Shown here piece by piece: positions 12,901 through 24,900 of a stretch of DNA of 64,000 nt. The stretch's first letter is position 1, and every line of letters begins with the position of its first letter. A program made the translations under genes and the position numbers. The notes under the pieces were generated by a model that worked only from the letters and a program-made list of their open reading frames with translations, made no database searches and had not been told where the DNA came from. This DNA is from Amoebophrya sp. A120 (Eukaryota; Protista; Dinoflagellata): positions 4,157,214 through 4,221,213 of the forward strand of contig CAJINV010000002.1 of the NCBI GenBank assembly GCA_905178155.1, read 5' to 3'.

Positions 12901-15900
12901 GGTGTTTGGTCTGCGATGTAGGTTGCACCCTCAAGCGCAGACTGCAAGAGTGTTTCCTTAGAAGCTTCCCTTAGAAGCTTCCTCTAGGAGCTCACTTAGG
13001 GGAAGCTTCTAGAAAGTGATCTCCCTACTAATCATTTTCTAAGAAACGCCCTATAGACTATAAGGGCAAAAAAACGGACCAAAAATTCTCTATTGTTATT
13101 TTATAAATGCATGACGTGGCCTGGGTACGCGCATACGACTCGGTACGCCAAATCGTATACGGGGCGTTACAATTTTCGCGCTTTTTTCATTGAGAAAAAC
13201 CGCCAAAAAGCAGCACCGAGCCCGGTGCGGTTTGTAATGTGTGGCAGCACCGAGCCCGCCAAAAAATATCTTTTTGCCTACCTACAGAATTGGTATTGTA
13301 GCGGCGCGCCCTCACAATACATTTTGGCGCACCGAGGCGGCGCGCAAAAACGTCACCGGGAGGCGCCCGCTTTTGAAACGCCACGCGCCGTCGCTGTGTC
13401 CTTGCTTTTGCCATTCCTCGCGTCCGAATGATGTACGCCCGCGCGCGCCTTTGCCCATCGCATGCGCGACGCGCCGCGGAAGTCGGTGGCCCCAGACTCT
13501 TGTCGCACGCCTGTCCCTGGTGACGCGGGCGCCTTCGCCTGCTGCGTTCTTTACTTTGCCCTCGGACGCGGGCCAAGGTCCGGGTTTTGTTTTTCTGCCC
13601 GCCAAGGCCCGCGCGCGTGGTCTCGCGACTTAGCCGACGGCCCCCCACCCCCCCCCTGTGTTCCGCCCGTCTGTTGCTTCGTTCGTGACTACAAGTTGGC
13701 GCACCGAGGCCGTCAGCCCCGGTGCACCGAGGCGGCCATTCCGAAAAGCTGGCATTTTTGGCCTCGGTGCGCCATTTCGTATGTGCGTCCTGAGGAAACT
13801 TTTTCTAGCCTCGGCGCGCCAACTTGTAGTGGCGTACCGAGGCCACGACACTACCGAGGCGACGTCATGCATTACAAACTTCCTCAGCATGAGAGATAAA
13901 ATTTGTAATGCAGATTTGCCTTGGAGACAAGATTTGTAATGCTAAACTTGCATTTGTACGAGTGCGATACTTTTGCACAGGATAGCTCTTCGCATGGCGA
14001 ATTCTCGACGAAGTAGAGCCAAACATGCTGAGAATCTGTTCCAAATCTGTCACGCAAGACGTGCAGGGCCACCCCTTTCATTTTTGCCATTCTTGCATCA
14101 CAAATCCATGTAAGAAGCCCACAAATCCATGTATCTGGTTTAGCATCACAAATCCATATAACAGTTGAAATTGTAACAGTTGAGAACGCGATATGCCCAG
14201 CCGCAATCGGTTCCGGGATGGTGCGTATGAGCCGCGACAGCGAGCCTGGTACGAGCGGCTGACGTATGCATTGCAAATATGTCTGGGTCCTCTGGGAGGA
14301 CGCAAACTTGTCATGCTAAGTCTGGATCGTGCAAAAATTTGTGTTGCATGACTGCCAAAAGCTGTCCACTTTTGAACAAGTTTAGAAGAGGCAGTCTGTC
14401 ATGCAGGAGAGGCATGATACAGACGTCGCAGAACCTGCCATGCAGCTAGGTCCTGCATTCCAAACCTCATGGGGCATGGAAAATGTGCATGTTGAGAAGT
14501 TTGCATTCGTCCAGACCCAGACATATCTGCATTTGATATGGCGTGCCCCGCAACGGACTGGCAAAACTGTAACCACGAACGCTCCGATATGGAAGTGTCA
14601 GAATCGAAACTCGCAAAATCGAGAAATTTGTAATGCATAAAATGTAGGGCACGTATGGGTATGGCCTGTGTTGGGGAGCAGGCAAATGAGACCGATTGCA
14701 GGCCTGTTTAGGGGAAGGCGATGCGCTGCCTGAGTAGCATGAGAGGAGCAGTCTTCCTTGCCCAAACAGCATGACAGGCTGGATTTTGTTGCTTCCGAAA
14801 TTTGTCATGCCCCACTTGGAAACTGAGGCTCCAACTGGTATCGAATTTATGCATCACAAATTATTTAGATTTTGTTGATTTCGATTCTGCCGCTTCCATA
14901 TTCGATGGGTCGCAAACGGACTACCGCCTCACCTTATGGAACTATCAGGATTGAAATTGACAAAGTTGAAAAATTTGTGATGCATAAAAACAATATCAGG
15001 ACGAGTTCCAGTTGGAAGCCCAATTTCCAAGCGGTGCATGACAAATTTAGGCGCCGTCTAATTCTTTTTGTCATGTTCTTCAGGGACAGAAGGCGTCTTT
15101 TGTCAATGCTACTTTGGCAGCTCTATCGCAGACCCCAAACAGGCTGACAGTCGGCCTCACTTGTCATCCCTGCAAGAGAGGCGCTTCATGTCTTGCAGTT
15201 TCTGCATGAGAAATTGTTTCCGAGGAGGATGGTGATGGCTTCGGTCCGCCTGACTCCACGACCTGGTGGCCGAACCATCTGCGGTGAGGTGCCCTTACAG
15301 GTTGTGTAGTGGTTTCGGTCGGTTTAGCATGAGAAACTGTTTCAACTTTGTCGATTTCAATCCTGATACCTCCATACGCCTTCCCGATGGTGTACCAGAA
15401 GCAGCAGCAGGGCACGATTGGGTCCTGCGCCATGCGTATGAACTGCAAATATGTCTGGGTCTGGAAGGATGCAATGTTTGTCTTGCTTGACTCTTAAACC
15501 TGTCATGCACGTTACCCAAGAGCCCCACTTTTCTGTCATGCAGAAAGGCGGTTTGCCATGCAGAATACGCAACATCTAGAAGCTCAGAAACTTGTCATGC
15601 TAATCCAGCACTTGTGGCCTCCTCATGATACGCCACGCAGCATCGCAAGTTTCCAGACCTCCAGGGATATTTGCAATGCATAATGCGGTGCGCCGAGTTT
15701 AACCTGGAGAACGACCGTATGGAACTGTCAGGATCGAAATTGGCAAAATCGAATAAAAACTTGTGATGCATAAAATGCATGACGCGAAATACGTGTGTTG
15801 CAGAGCAGGCAAGTGAGGCCGATTGTAAGTCTGTTTGGGGTTCTAGCTCGAGCTGCTAGGGCAGCATGAGAGAATCAGTGTTATTTGCCTAAGCAGCATT

Positions 15901-18900
15901 ACAAACTGGATTTAGGCACCACCAAAATTTGTGATGCGCCACTTAGAAACTGGGTTCGGACTGGAATCCATTTTATGCATGACAAATCATTTCGATTTTG
16001 CCAATTTCGATTCTGACACTTCCATAGACCGAAATTTCGGCATGCCTGTCTGGGACGCAAACCGGCCCAACGAGAAGTGCCGGGGCTTCCAGGTTCGCAA
16101 ATTTCACCCCAGGGCGGGCGCGGGAAATTTCCTATGTAAACTGCATCCCACCACACTCACCTGCAAGGCCTCGCCCGAGGGGGACAACGCGAATCACCCC
16201 CAGTACCGAGATACGAATTGCAAAAGTATCGTACTAGTAGAAATTGCATTACAAATTTTCCCAGCATTAGAAATGAAATCTGTGAAAATGCGGATTGACT
16301 TTTAGGAAAAAAAAAAGAATTGTAATGCATGACTGCAATTACAATTACTACAAGGCAAGTGCGATGCTTTTGCAGAGCATACGAGAGGTCCTCTTCGACA
16401 TGAAGGACGTGTACGACCTATCCTGAGTAAAAATGTCCCCACACCAGAGTCAAGCTGGGAAATCTGCTAGACAAATCTGTCAGCTTTTGCGGTTGCGCAT
16501 GACAAGCCTGGCCTCGTAGTGTAATCCTGTTTAGCTTGTTGAGCAGCATCACAGATCTAGCGCATCGTGCTGATTCTAGCAGCACAGATACCAAAAAGCG
16601 ACCAGAAACTGCTTCTCATGGGTCTCCGCATGAGAAACATTTTCAGCATGCAGATTTGCATTACAACTCTGGGGTGGGGACGTTTTTACACAGGATACGA
16701 CCGGTGCCGCATCATCGAACACGGCATCAACTACGTCAACACGGTATCCTGTGCAAAAGTATCGTACTCGTAGTAATTGCATTCATGCATTACATTTTTT
16801 TTTTTCAAGGAAAATCCGCATGACAAATTTTATTTCTCATGCTGGGGAAATTTGTAATGCATTTATAATTATACGAGTGCGATACTTTTGCACAGGATAC
16901 ACGGTTTTCCGCAGCCTCACCAGCCCCGTTATGACAGTGCACAACTCCCCCTCCCCCTCATTTGTATGGCATGAACGGCAATACAAGCATCAGCGAGGTG
17001 GAGGCCGGTTTTGCATGACAGATTTGCACTGGAGTATAGTGCTATAATTTTAATTTGGGCTACCAGACCCAGAGCCTGTCATGCATAATAAATAGTGACA
17101 GGAGGGCGAGGGAAAGCGTGGATTTGGTATTCTGCATGAGAAATGAGAACGAGGGGGAGTTGTGCACTGTCATACCCGTCTCGGCGACCGCAGAAGCGGA
17201 AACGCCGGCGGGGGGATATCAAAAGGAAAAATCCCCCCTCCCCATATCGAAAAGGCATCCTTTTGAAAATTTGTGTTGCTGATTTGTGGTCACAAATCAG
17301 GTTTGTCTTGCAAGAGAGCAAAGCCAGAGCTTTCGCCGCTTTGCGCAGGCGTGCTGCTGCACCAACAGGGCAGACGTCTGCCATGCTGGGCGCCCACCTC
17401 TGGCCAGCTCTTCCGGGCTTTGTATCTGCCTGCACTCCTATACTGCAAGACAAAGCTGATTTGTGTACACAAATACCGCAACGCAGATTGTCGCTTTGAT
17501 ATGGGGAGGGGGGATTTTTCCGTTCGATAGGGGAAACCAGGCGTACCCCGAACACCTCCAGTCGGACCTGGTGCGACAGTTTTTTCCCTCCCGTTTCCGC
17601 AACGACCAGGAAGAGGTGTTTTGCTTGCAGCCCCGGTATATCTTGTGCAAAAGCATCGCACTCGTAGTAATTGCAGTCATGCATTACAAATTTTTTTCTC
17701 ATGGTCATGGTAAATCCGCATGACAAATTTTATTTCTTATGCTGGGGAAATTTGTAATGCATTTTTACGAGTACTGCGATACTTTTGCAATGCATACGGT
17801 ACCCCTTCGCGTGCGGCAACGCAGCCCCACTGGGCCAGGCGAGTGGAAGCTTAGACGCGCACCCACACGAGGCGAAGTACAACGATCGGCACTACTCGAT
17901 ATCGTACGAAAAAAGTGTTTCACTCGTAAAAGAGTTTTGCAAGCTTTGCATCACAAGTTTCTTTCAGTTCTACATCACAGAGAAATGAATTTGCCATGCG
18001 AGATTCCTAAGGGAAAACACAGCTAAAATTACGAGACTAATAATGATCATTAGCACTATTCTGGGCCTCAGGCCCCCCCTCGACCCCTAATGCCCCCCCT
18101 GAGGCCCCCCCTCAGGCCCCCCCTTAGGCCAAAAAAGGCCACCCCTAAGGCCCCCCCCTTTTGCCCAAAGGGGGGGGTTAGGCCCCCCCGTAGGCCCCCC
18201 CCTTTTTTTCGCGTTCGCAGACGCCTGAGGCCAAAAAAGCCCCCCCTTTTGCCAAAGGGGGGGGGCTAGGCCCCCTTAGGCCCCCCCTTTTTTTCGCGTT
18301 CGCAGACGCCGAATCCAGAACATAAAGCCCGGCAGACTATCGACGACCATGTGACGCCGGCAGCGATCGAACAACCCCGGGCGGCGCCGCGCGCTGTGAG
18401 TCTGGGTTGGCCCGCCGGTTCTCCTTCTGATTGTGGCTGGGGCCGCTTTGGAAAAAATAAATTTGCGATGTCTTTGGCTTTGGCTGAATACTTCGTCCGT
18501 TGCTTCGGCTTTGTCCTTTGGTTTCAATTAATGGCGGGGCCGCTTTGAAAAAAACTACCACCCGCAAATGCGGGCGGGGGCGCTTTGGAAAGTTTTGAAA
18601 CAATTGCGCAGGCGGGGCCGCCTCGAGGTAATGCCTAAGCGCGGGCGGGGCCGCTTCGCCAAGGGGAGATCTTCTTGCCCTTTCCCTTTCCCTTTTCCCC
18701 CCCCTCCGTTCCTTTGGCGCGTGGCCTGGGCTTCGCCGTTTTCTACGCGTCCGGCTTCTTCTTGGCCCCCGCCTTCATGGCCTCTCCGTCCGGCCGGGAG
18801 CCCTTCCTGAAGCCTCCCCTGAGCCCCCCCCGGCAGACTGAGGTCCCCCCAGAGGCCCACCCCCTACGGCCCCCGCCGCCTAGGGCCTGCCCTGAAGTTT

Positions 18901-21900
18901 TAAAGCCCAGCCCCTGCGCCCATGCCCCCTCTCAGGCGCCGGCCAGGCCTTTCAGAATTGCAAGCCCCGCCGGCCTTTGCGGGTCAGGGCCTTGCCTTCG
19001 CCTTTTGTCCTTATGCTTTTTTTGCCCGATTGCGATTGCCCGCGGCAAGCCAAGCAATCCGAGCAGAAGCCTCAAAAGGCAAAGGGCCCACCGGGCCAGC
19101 CCGGACACTGTTCCTCCCAAGGCGCAGCAAGGCCACCCCGAAAAACCTAGGCAGCCAAGGTCTTTCCTCCGGCTTTCTGGTCGTTGTAATGAACCCCGAA
19201 AGTGGCAAGGAACGAAGAGAAGCCGGCGAGGCCGAAGAACCCGGAGGGGCTTTCGGGCTTCCAGTCGGCCCCCGGAAACGGACGGCTTCTCTAGCTCAAA
19301 GGCCCGCCACCCCATAGAGGCCCCACTCTGGCCCACCCTGTATGGCATGCCCTGTAGCCCTATTGGACCGCGCCCAGTCGCAGGCGCCGGAAAGGTTCTC
19401 CTGAATGCTTTGGCATTTTTAGAACATTGGCAAGCCGAAGTCCCCCCCTATGAACACCCAAAAGACCCGCCCGGCAGTGCCTTTGCTCCCTAGGGCCAGC
19501 CTTCTGCCCTGAAGCTTTTTTTGCTCGAATGCAAGTCCTTGCGCCGGCCATTGCCCGAGCCCCGTCTGTCTCAGGCGCCGGCAGGGTCTTTCGAAATGAA
19601 TTAAAAGCCGCGGCGGCCCGCGCGACGGAATCACTTCGCGCGTTCGCCTTTTCTTTGCCCTGCCTTCGCACGTTCGCCCGATTTTGGCGGCCCATGGCAA
19701 AGCAATTCGGGCAGAAGCGTGCAAAACGCCCGCACAGGCCGCCTGGACATTGTTCCATCCCCCCCTCCTCAATCGCAGCCATTCGCCGGCCCCCTTACTT
19801 TAGAATAAATCCTGGAGGGGGTCCCTCCGCCGTGGGGTTTTCTGATCGTTGGGACAGGGGCCAAAGGGGCAAGGCCGAGCGACAAGGTCGGGCAAACCGA
19901 GGAGGCTTTCGGGCTTCAAGTTTCGGAGCGAAAGGGCCGCCCCGTCATAAAAGCAGGCCAATGAGGCACGGAGCAAGCCTTCGGGCCTAAGGCCCCCACA
20001 AAAGCCCCCCCTATGCCCCCCTCGGGCCCCTCCATTCCCATTGGCCAGCCCGGCAGGGCACTGCCTCGCTCCCTGGGGCCTTCTGCCCTGAAGCTTACTT
20101 TGAAGCCTGCCCGGCCCAGGCGCCGGCAGGGTCTTTCGGATAGTTAGAATAAATGAGAAGCCGCGCCGGCCTGCGCGACCAAACCGCACCAGGCTTTCGC
20201 CTTTTGCCCTTTGCCCCGCCCCCCGATTTTGGTTGCCCGCGCCCAGTCGATTCGAACAGAAGTCCGCAGAGGGCCCCCAGGGCCCGCCCGGGCATTGTTC
20301 CCCCTCCCCCCGCCAAAGCCATCCCGTTGGCCCCCGCCTCTAAAAACGAAACCCAACAAGCCCAAGGCCGCCCCACCCTAAGGCTTTCCAGGCGTTGCAA
20401 GGTGGGCCGCAAGTGGAAAACCCAGGCGAGCTCGAGCAGCCCGATGGAGCTTGCGGGCCTCCGGCCCCCGGAACTGAAGGGCCTCATTGCCTCGAATAAT
20501 TAAAGGCCCCCCCCACAGGCCCGCCCCCCTTGGGGCCCCCCCTGCGTCCCACTCTGAAAGGCATACCCTGCTGCCCTATTGTTCAGATCAATGCCCCGGC
20601 GCAGGCAGGGGACAGGTTTACCGAAAAAATAAACAATAAACTTTTGCAAGCTTCGGCACACTCTAAAGCCGAACCCGCCCGGAGGCCCCTCCCCCTCGCT
20701 CGGCCCCCCCCCTGGGGTTTTCCTTGAGGCCCCCCTGAGGCCCGTTGTGAGGCCACCCGCCGCCACCCTTTCGGCCCCCCGGAGTATCCATGGCCAGGCG
20801 GCCCCGTACGGCCCTCGCCCCCTAGGGCCTGCCCCGCAACTTCCTACCTAGCCTAGCCCTTGCCTCGGTGCGTGCCCCCCCGTCTCAGGCGCCGAAGAGG
20901 TCGCGTCTTTCAAAATTGAAAGTCGCGCCGGCCTGCGCGGGTCACAAACGTCGCGCCTTCTCCTTTTGCCCCAGCCATTTTTGCCCGACGGACTTTGATT
21001 GCTCGCGGCAAATCAATTCGACCCGAAGCCCCCAAAGGGCACACCGGGCCAGCCCGCGCGCCGTTTCCCCTCAACCGCGGCCACCCCGAATGCCCCCGCC
21101 CGCGAAAGATCTAGACAGAGGAGACGTTTCCTATGGCTTTCCGAAGCCTGTTCGAAATCCAAGAGGGGCGGGGGCGCTCCTTTCGCGCAGTTGCTGGGCG
21201 GGGGGGCGCCGCCAGATATTTCCTTTTTGTTTTATTTTGTGTTGGCACATGGCCAGCATGCAGATCAGCCAGCCACTTCGGCCCGCCCGCCTGTCGCTTT
21301 CTTTGTACTCGGCCGCCATGCCTTCACCGTCCGGCCCTATCGTACGCCATCCCGCGGCTGCCACCTGCGAAGGATTCCCGCAAAATCGAGCGCAGCAACT
21401 GCCTTCCCCGCGCCCCGGAGGTGTGTAGGGTGGCGAAATAGGGCCAGGCCGCCACAGCCAATACGAACACAGAAGCCAGGCGAATATCTGTGCCGCAGCA
21501 TTCACTTGCCCCGCCGGCGGGCCCTGTTTCGTCAGCGCATTTTTTCAGCGTGCTGCCCATGCATGATCAGCGGAGCCGCGTCGCAATGTTGTTAGTTTAT
21601 CCAGCACCGGACACGAAGCCGCGCCTTGCTTCAGCCTTCGGGCCGCCGCCTTTCTGCTTCGCTTCCGCTGTGCAGGTGTCTGGAGGCCTGTTGGCTTCTT
21701 CAGAGCTGGCAGGCAGCTGCTCTGGCTGTATCCGTGGCGCCTTTTTGCTTTCTGTCTACAGCTGCTGCCCCTACAACTTTTATCAGCGCTATGCACTGAT
21801 CTCCTGGCCTTGTCGCGCTACTCTTCCTTAGCGCTACCCCTGCCCCGCCCTTCCCCCTTCCCAGGAAGCCCAGCCCAACAGTCCTACTGATCATTTTACT

Positions 21901-24900
21901 GAATGCGACAAAATCAAGCTCAAGAAAGGGCCGCCCTTCAGGGCGACCCGTCTTCTTGTAAATTTAGTGTCTTGCATGTGTAGCAAGACAAACACTGCGC
22001 AGATACATTTTCTGCATTACAAGTTTACAGTGAAGCAGTTTTTTCTTGCGATACTCGACGAGCGAATGCTACTACCTCTGCTCCCAGACTCCCTTCTATG
22101 CAAGAAAAAAACTGTGTTAGTGTACTAGGTCTTTTGGGAAAACAGCATCACAAGTTTGTCTGCGAGGGAAAACTTGTGATGCGCAGATAGGAAGGGAAAA
22201 CACGTAGGAAGCGAGCCGATCATGCATGTCGAGCATGACAGGTGTAACTGTTTTGCATTTTCTGCATCACAGATTTACACTTACACAGTTTTTTTCTTGC
22301 ATACCTTCTGCGAGGAGTTCGAGCTGTACATCGGCTGGGAAGCGTATCGCGAGAAAAAACGGACTCAGTCTCAACTTGTAATGCGCAACTTCCTTGAGAC
22401 AGTTTTTTCTTTTTGTCATGCTGACGAACACGTACACGCTCACGCTGCAAGAGAGTCACTTTTCATATTTATAGGTCTTTGCCTTGTGTCTAACGTAATA
22501 TCACAGGTTATTTTCTGTGTCATGCTGACCAAATTTGTATTGCTGATCCTGATTCTACTACAAGCGTTTGAGACGGCGACAGCTCTTTCTTGCGATAAAG
22601 CGAAACGCGAAAGCTCGAGCAAGTTGCAGGGGTTTAACTATTACCAGCACTGTATCCTGTGTAAAAACGTCCCCACACCAGAGTCAAGATGGAAAATCTG
22701 CTAGTAGAGAAATCAACCAGCGCTGGTTGTCTCGCATGGCAAGTTTGTCCTCATAAGTGTAATGCTGTTTCTTTTGCTAGTTCAGAAGCGTCACAGATCT
22801 TGCAGGGCATACTCATTCTAGCATCACAAATCCCAAAATACGAACAGAGACCGCTTCTCATAGGGCTCCGCATGACAAACATTTTTGGCATGCAGAATTG
22901 CATGACAACTCTGGGGTGGGCGGGACGTTTTTACTCGGGATACACTGCAAACTGTTCAGGGCCGGGTGCGCGTGTGATATCCTGTGCAAAAGTATCTGAT
23001 ACTCGTATTGCAATCATGCATTTACAAATCTTTCTCTTAAGGTAAATCAGCATTACAAATTTTATCTCTCATGCTGAGGAAATTTGTAATGCATTGATAC
23101 GAGTAGGAGTGCGATACTTTTGCAATTCATATGTGACAACCCATGTCAACTGGGGGACGGCCTATGGGGAGAAAAAAGTTTGTCCCAGTCGCTAACGTGG
23201 AGGCTTTGCATTTACAAAGTCTTTTAAGTAGCATCACAACTTTTCCTTGTGTTGCAGAAACACGAAGGGAAATCACGTATGAAGTTTAGCTGTGGTGTGT
23301 TTTTACTCATGACAGGCATTTTTTGTATTGCAAAAATGCCCATGAGTGATCGTGACGAGCTTTTTTCTTTTGATACGGCCAGTTTACGGTGCACTACCGC
23401 ATGAAGGACTGCTACTCATCGAAGAGCGCCTATGGGGGTGTCAGGATCGAAATCGACAAAATCGAAAAATTTGTGATGCATAAAATGCGGGGCACGCGAG
23501 GCCTGTATTGGGGAGCAGGCAAATGAGACCGATTGTGAGCCTGTTTAGGGGTGGTCGTATGAAATGTGTTGCCAGAGTAGCATGACAGGAGCAGGTGGTC
23601 CCGAACAGCATGACAGACTGGATTTTGGTGGTTCCGAAATTTGTCATGCGCCACTTGGAAACTAAGGCTCCAACTGGCATCGATTTTGTGCATCACAAGT
23701 TTTTCGATTGTGTCGATTTCGATTCTGACACTTCCACAGCGCCGGGAGCAGCTTCGGTCTCGTGAAGGGCTTGCAACTGGTGTCTGGGACGCCCGCAACC
23801 AAGCGGCCCAGCGGGGACGACGAGACAGTGTTTACGCTGAAGAGGCAATTCCCGGACCGGGTGTTACCGGAGGAGGAGACGCTGATGGCAGACGCCGGTA
23901 CAACCCTGGTGGAAGACGAGTTGCAACTACCCTTCGGAAAGGACGAGAAGCGGCCCGACGAGATCGCGGCCTGGGCTGCGGGTCCATCTGCTGATTATTC
24001 TTACTCCTTGTGGGCGGAACCAAACTACGAGCGGCGCGTGAACCCCAGCGCGAAAATATCAAAGTGAAAAACCCCTCCTCCCCATGTTGAAGCGGGGATT
24101 TCTGTTGCTGAATTTGTGTACACAAATCAGCTCTGTCTTGCAGTGAGGCACTGCAGGCAGAGCCGAGGCCTGCGTAGGAGTGTTTTGGTGTAGGTGCTTC
24201 GCATACTGCAGAGGCTTGCCATGTAGCCGCAACAGCATTACAAACCGCCTGCATCAAGATCCGGCGGATTCTTTGGCTTTGCCGTCTTGCATGAGAGACA
24301 GGACTTGTGGCCACAAATCAGCATCGCAAATCTATTTTCGAAGCGTACCTTTTCAGTATGGGGAGGCGGGGGAATTTTTCCTCACAATAGAAAACGGACA
24401 CGTTGAACGAGCTCCCGAGCAACGCTGCTATCAAAAGGAAAAATACCCCCTCCCCATATCGAAAAGGAAATTTGTGATGCTGGATTTGCGTACACAAATC
24501 AGATTTGTCTTGCAGTAGAGGAGTGCAGGCATGTGCCAACCCTGGGCAGCGAGGTGTTGACATAGGCGCCTGGCATTACAAGTGTCCACGCCGTAGGCCC
24601 AACAGCATCACAAATCGCCTGCATAATGCGGCGGAGCCTGTGGAGTTGCCTACTGGCAAGACAGACCCGACTTGTGGTCACAAATCAGCATTGCAAATTT
24701 TCTGTGGCTTCCTTTTTGTTATGGGGAGGGGGGATTTTTCCTTACGATAGCTGCACTGTTATCCTTTGTAAAAACGCGCCCACGACCCCATAGTCAAGAT
24801 GTGAAATCTGCTAGACAAATCACCCAGCTTTGCTTGCTGCAGCTGCGCATGAAAGGTTTGGCCTTGGTGTAGTGTAGTTCTGTTTAGCTAGTAGCTCCAG

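Larger units (their letters stand above)
11283..13984. mobile_element. Introner A nested inside introner F
   Basis: AATCCTGCGCAAAAGTATCG...GATACTTTTGCACAGGATA; decayed TSD gctgc/gctct. Confidence 0.82.
11197..14193. mobile_element. Introner F, outer shell of a nest
   Basis: TSD tgccc. Confidence 0.88.

Noticed and set aside
12156-12921. Repetitive ORFs (GDIS/PDMS/PRHV)
   Set aside because: Translations of the 12-bp minisatellite.
18276-21894. ORFs in the 3.9-kb nested element as Rep/helicase or transposase
   Set aside because: Low-complexity overlapping frames; no HUH, helicase or DDE motifs seen.
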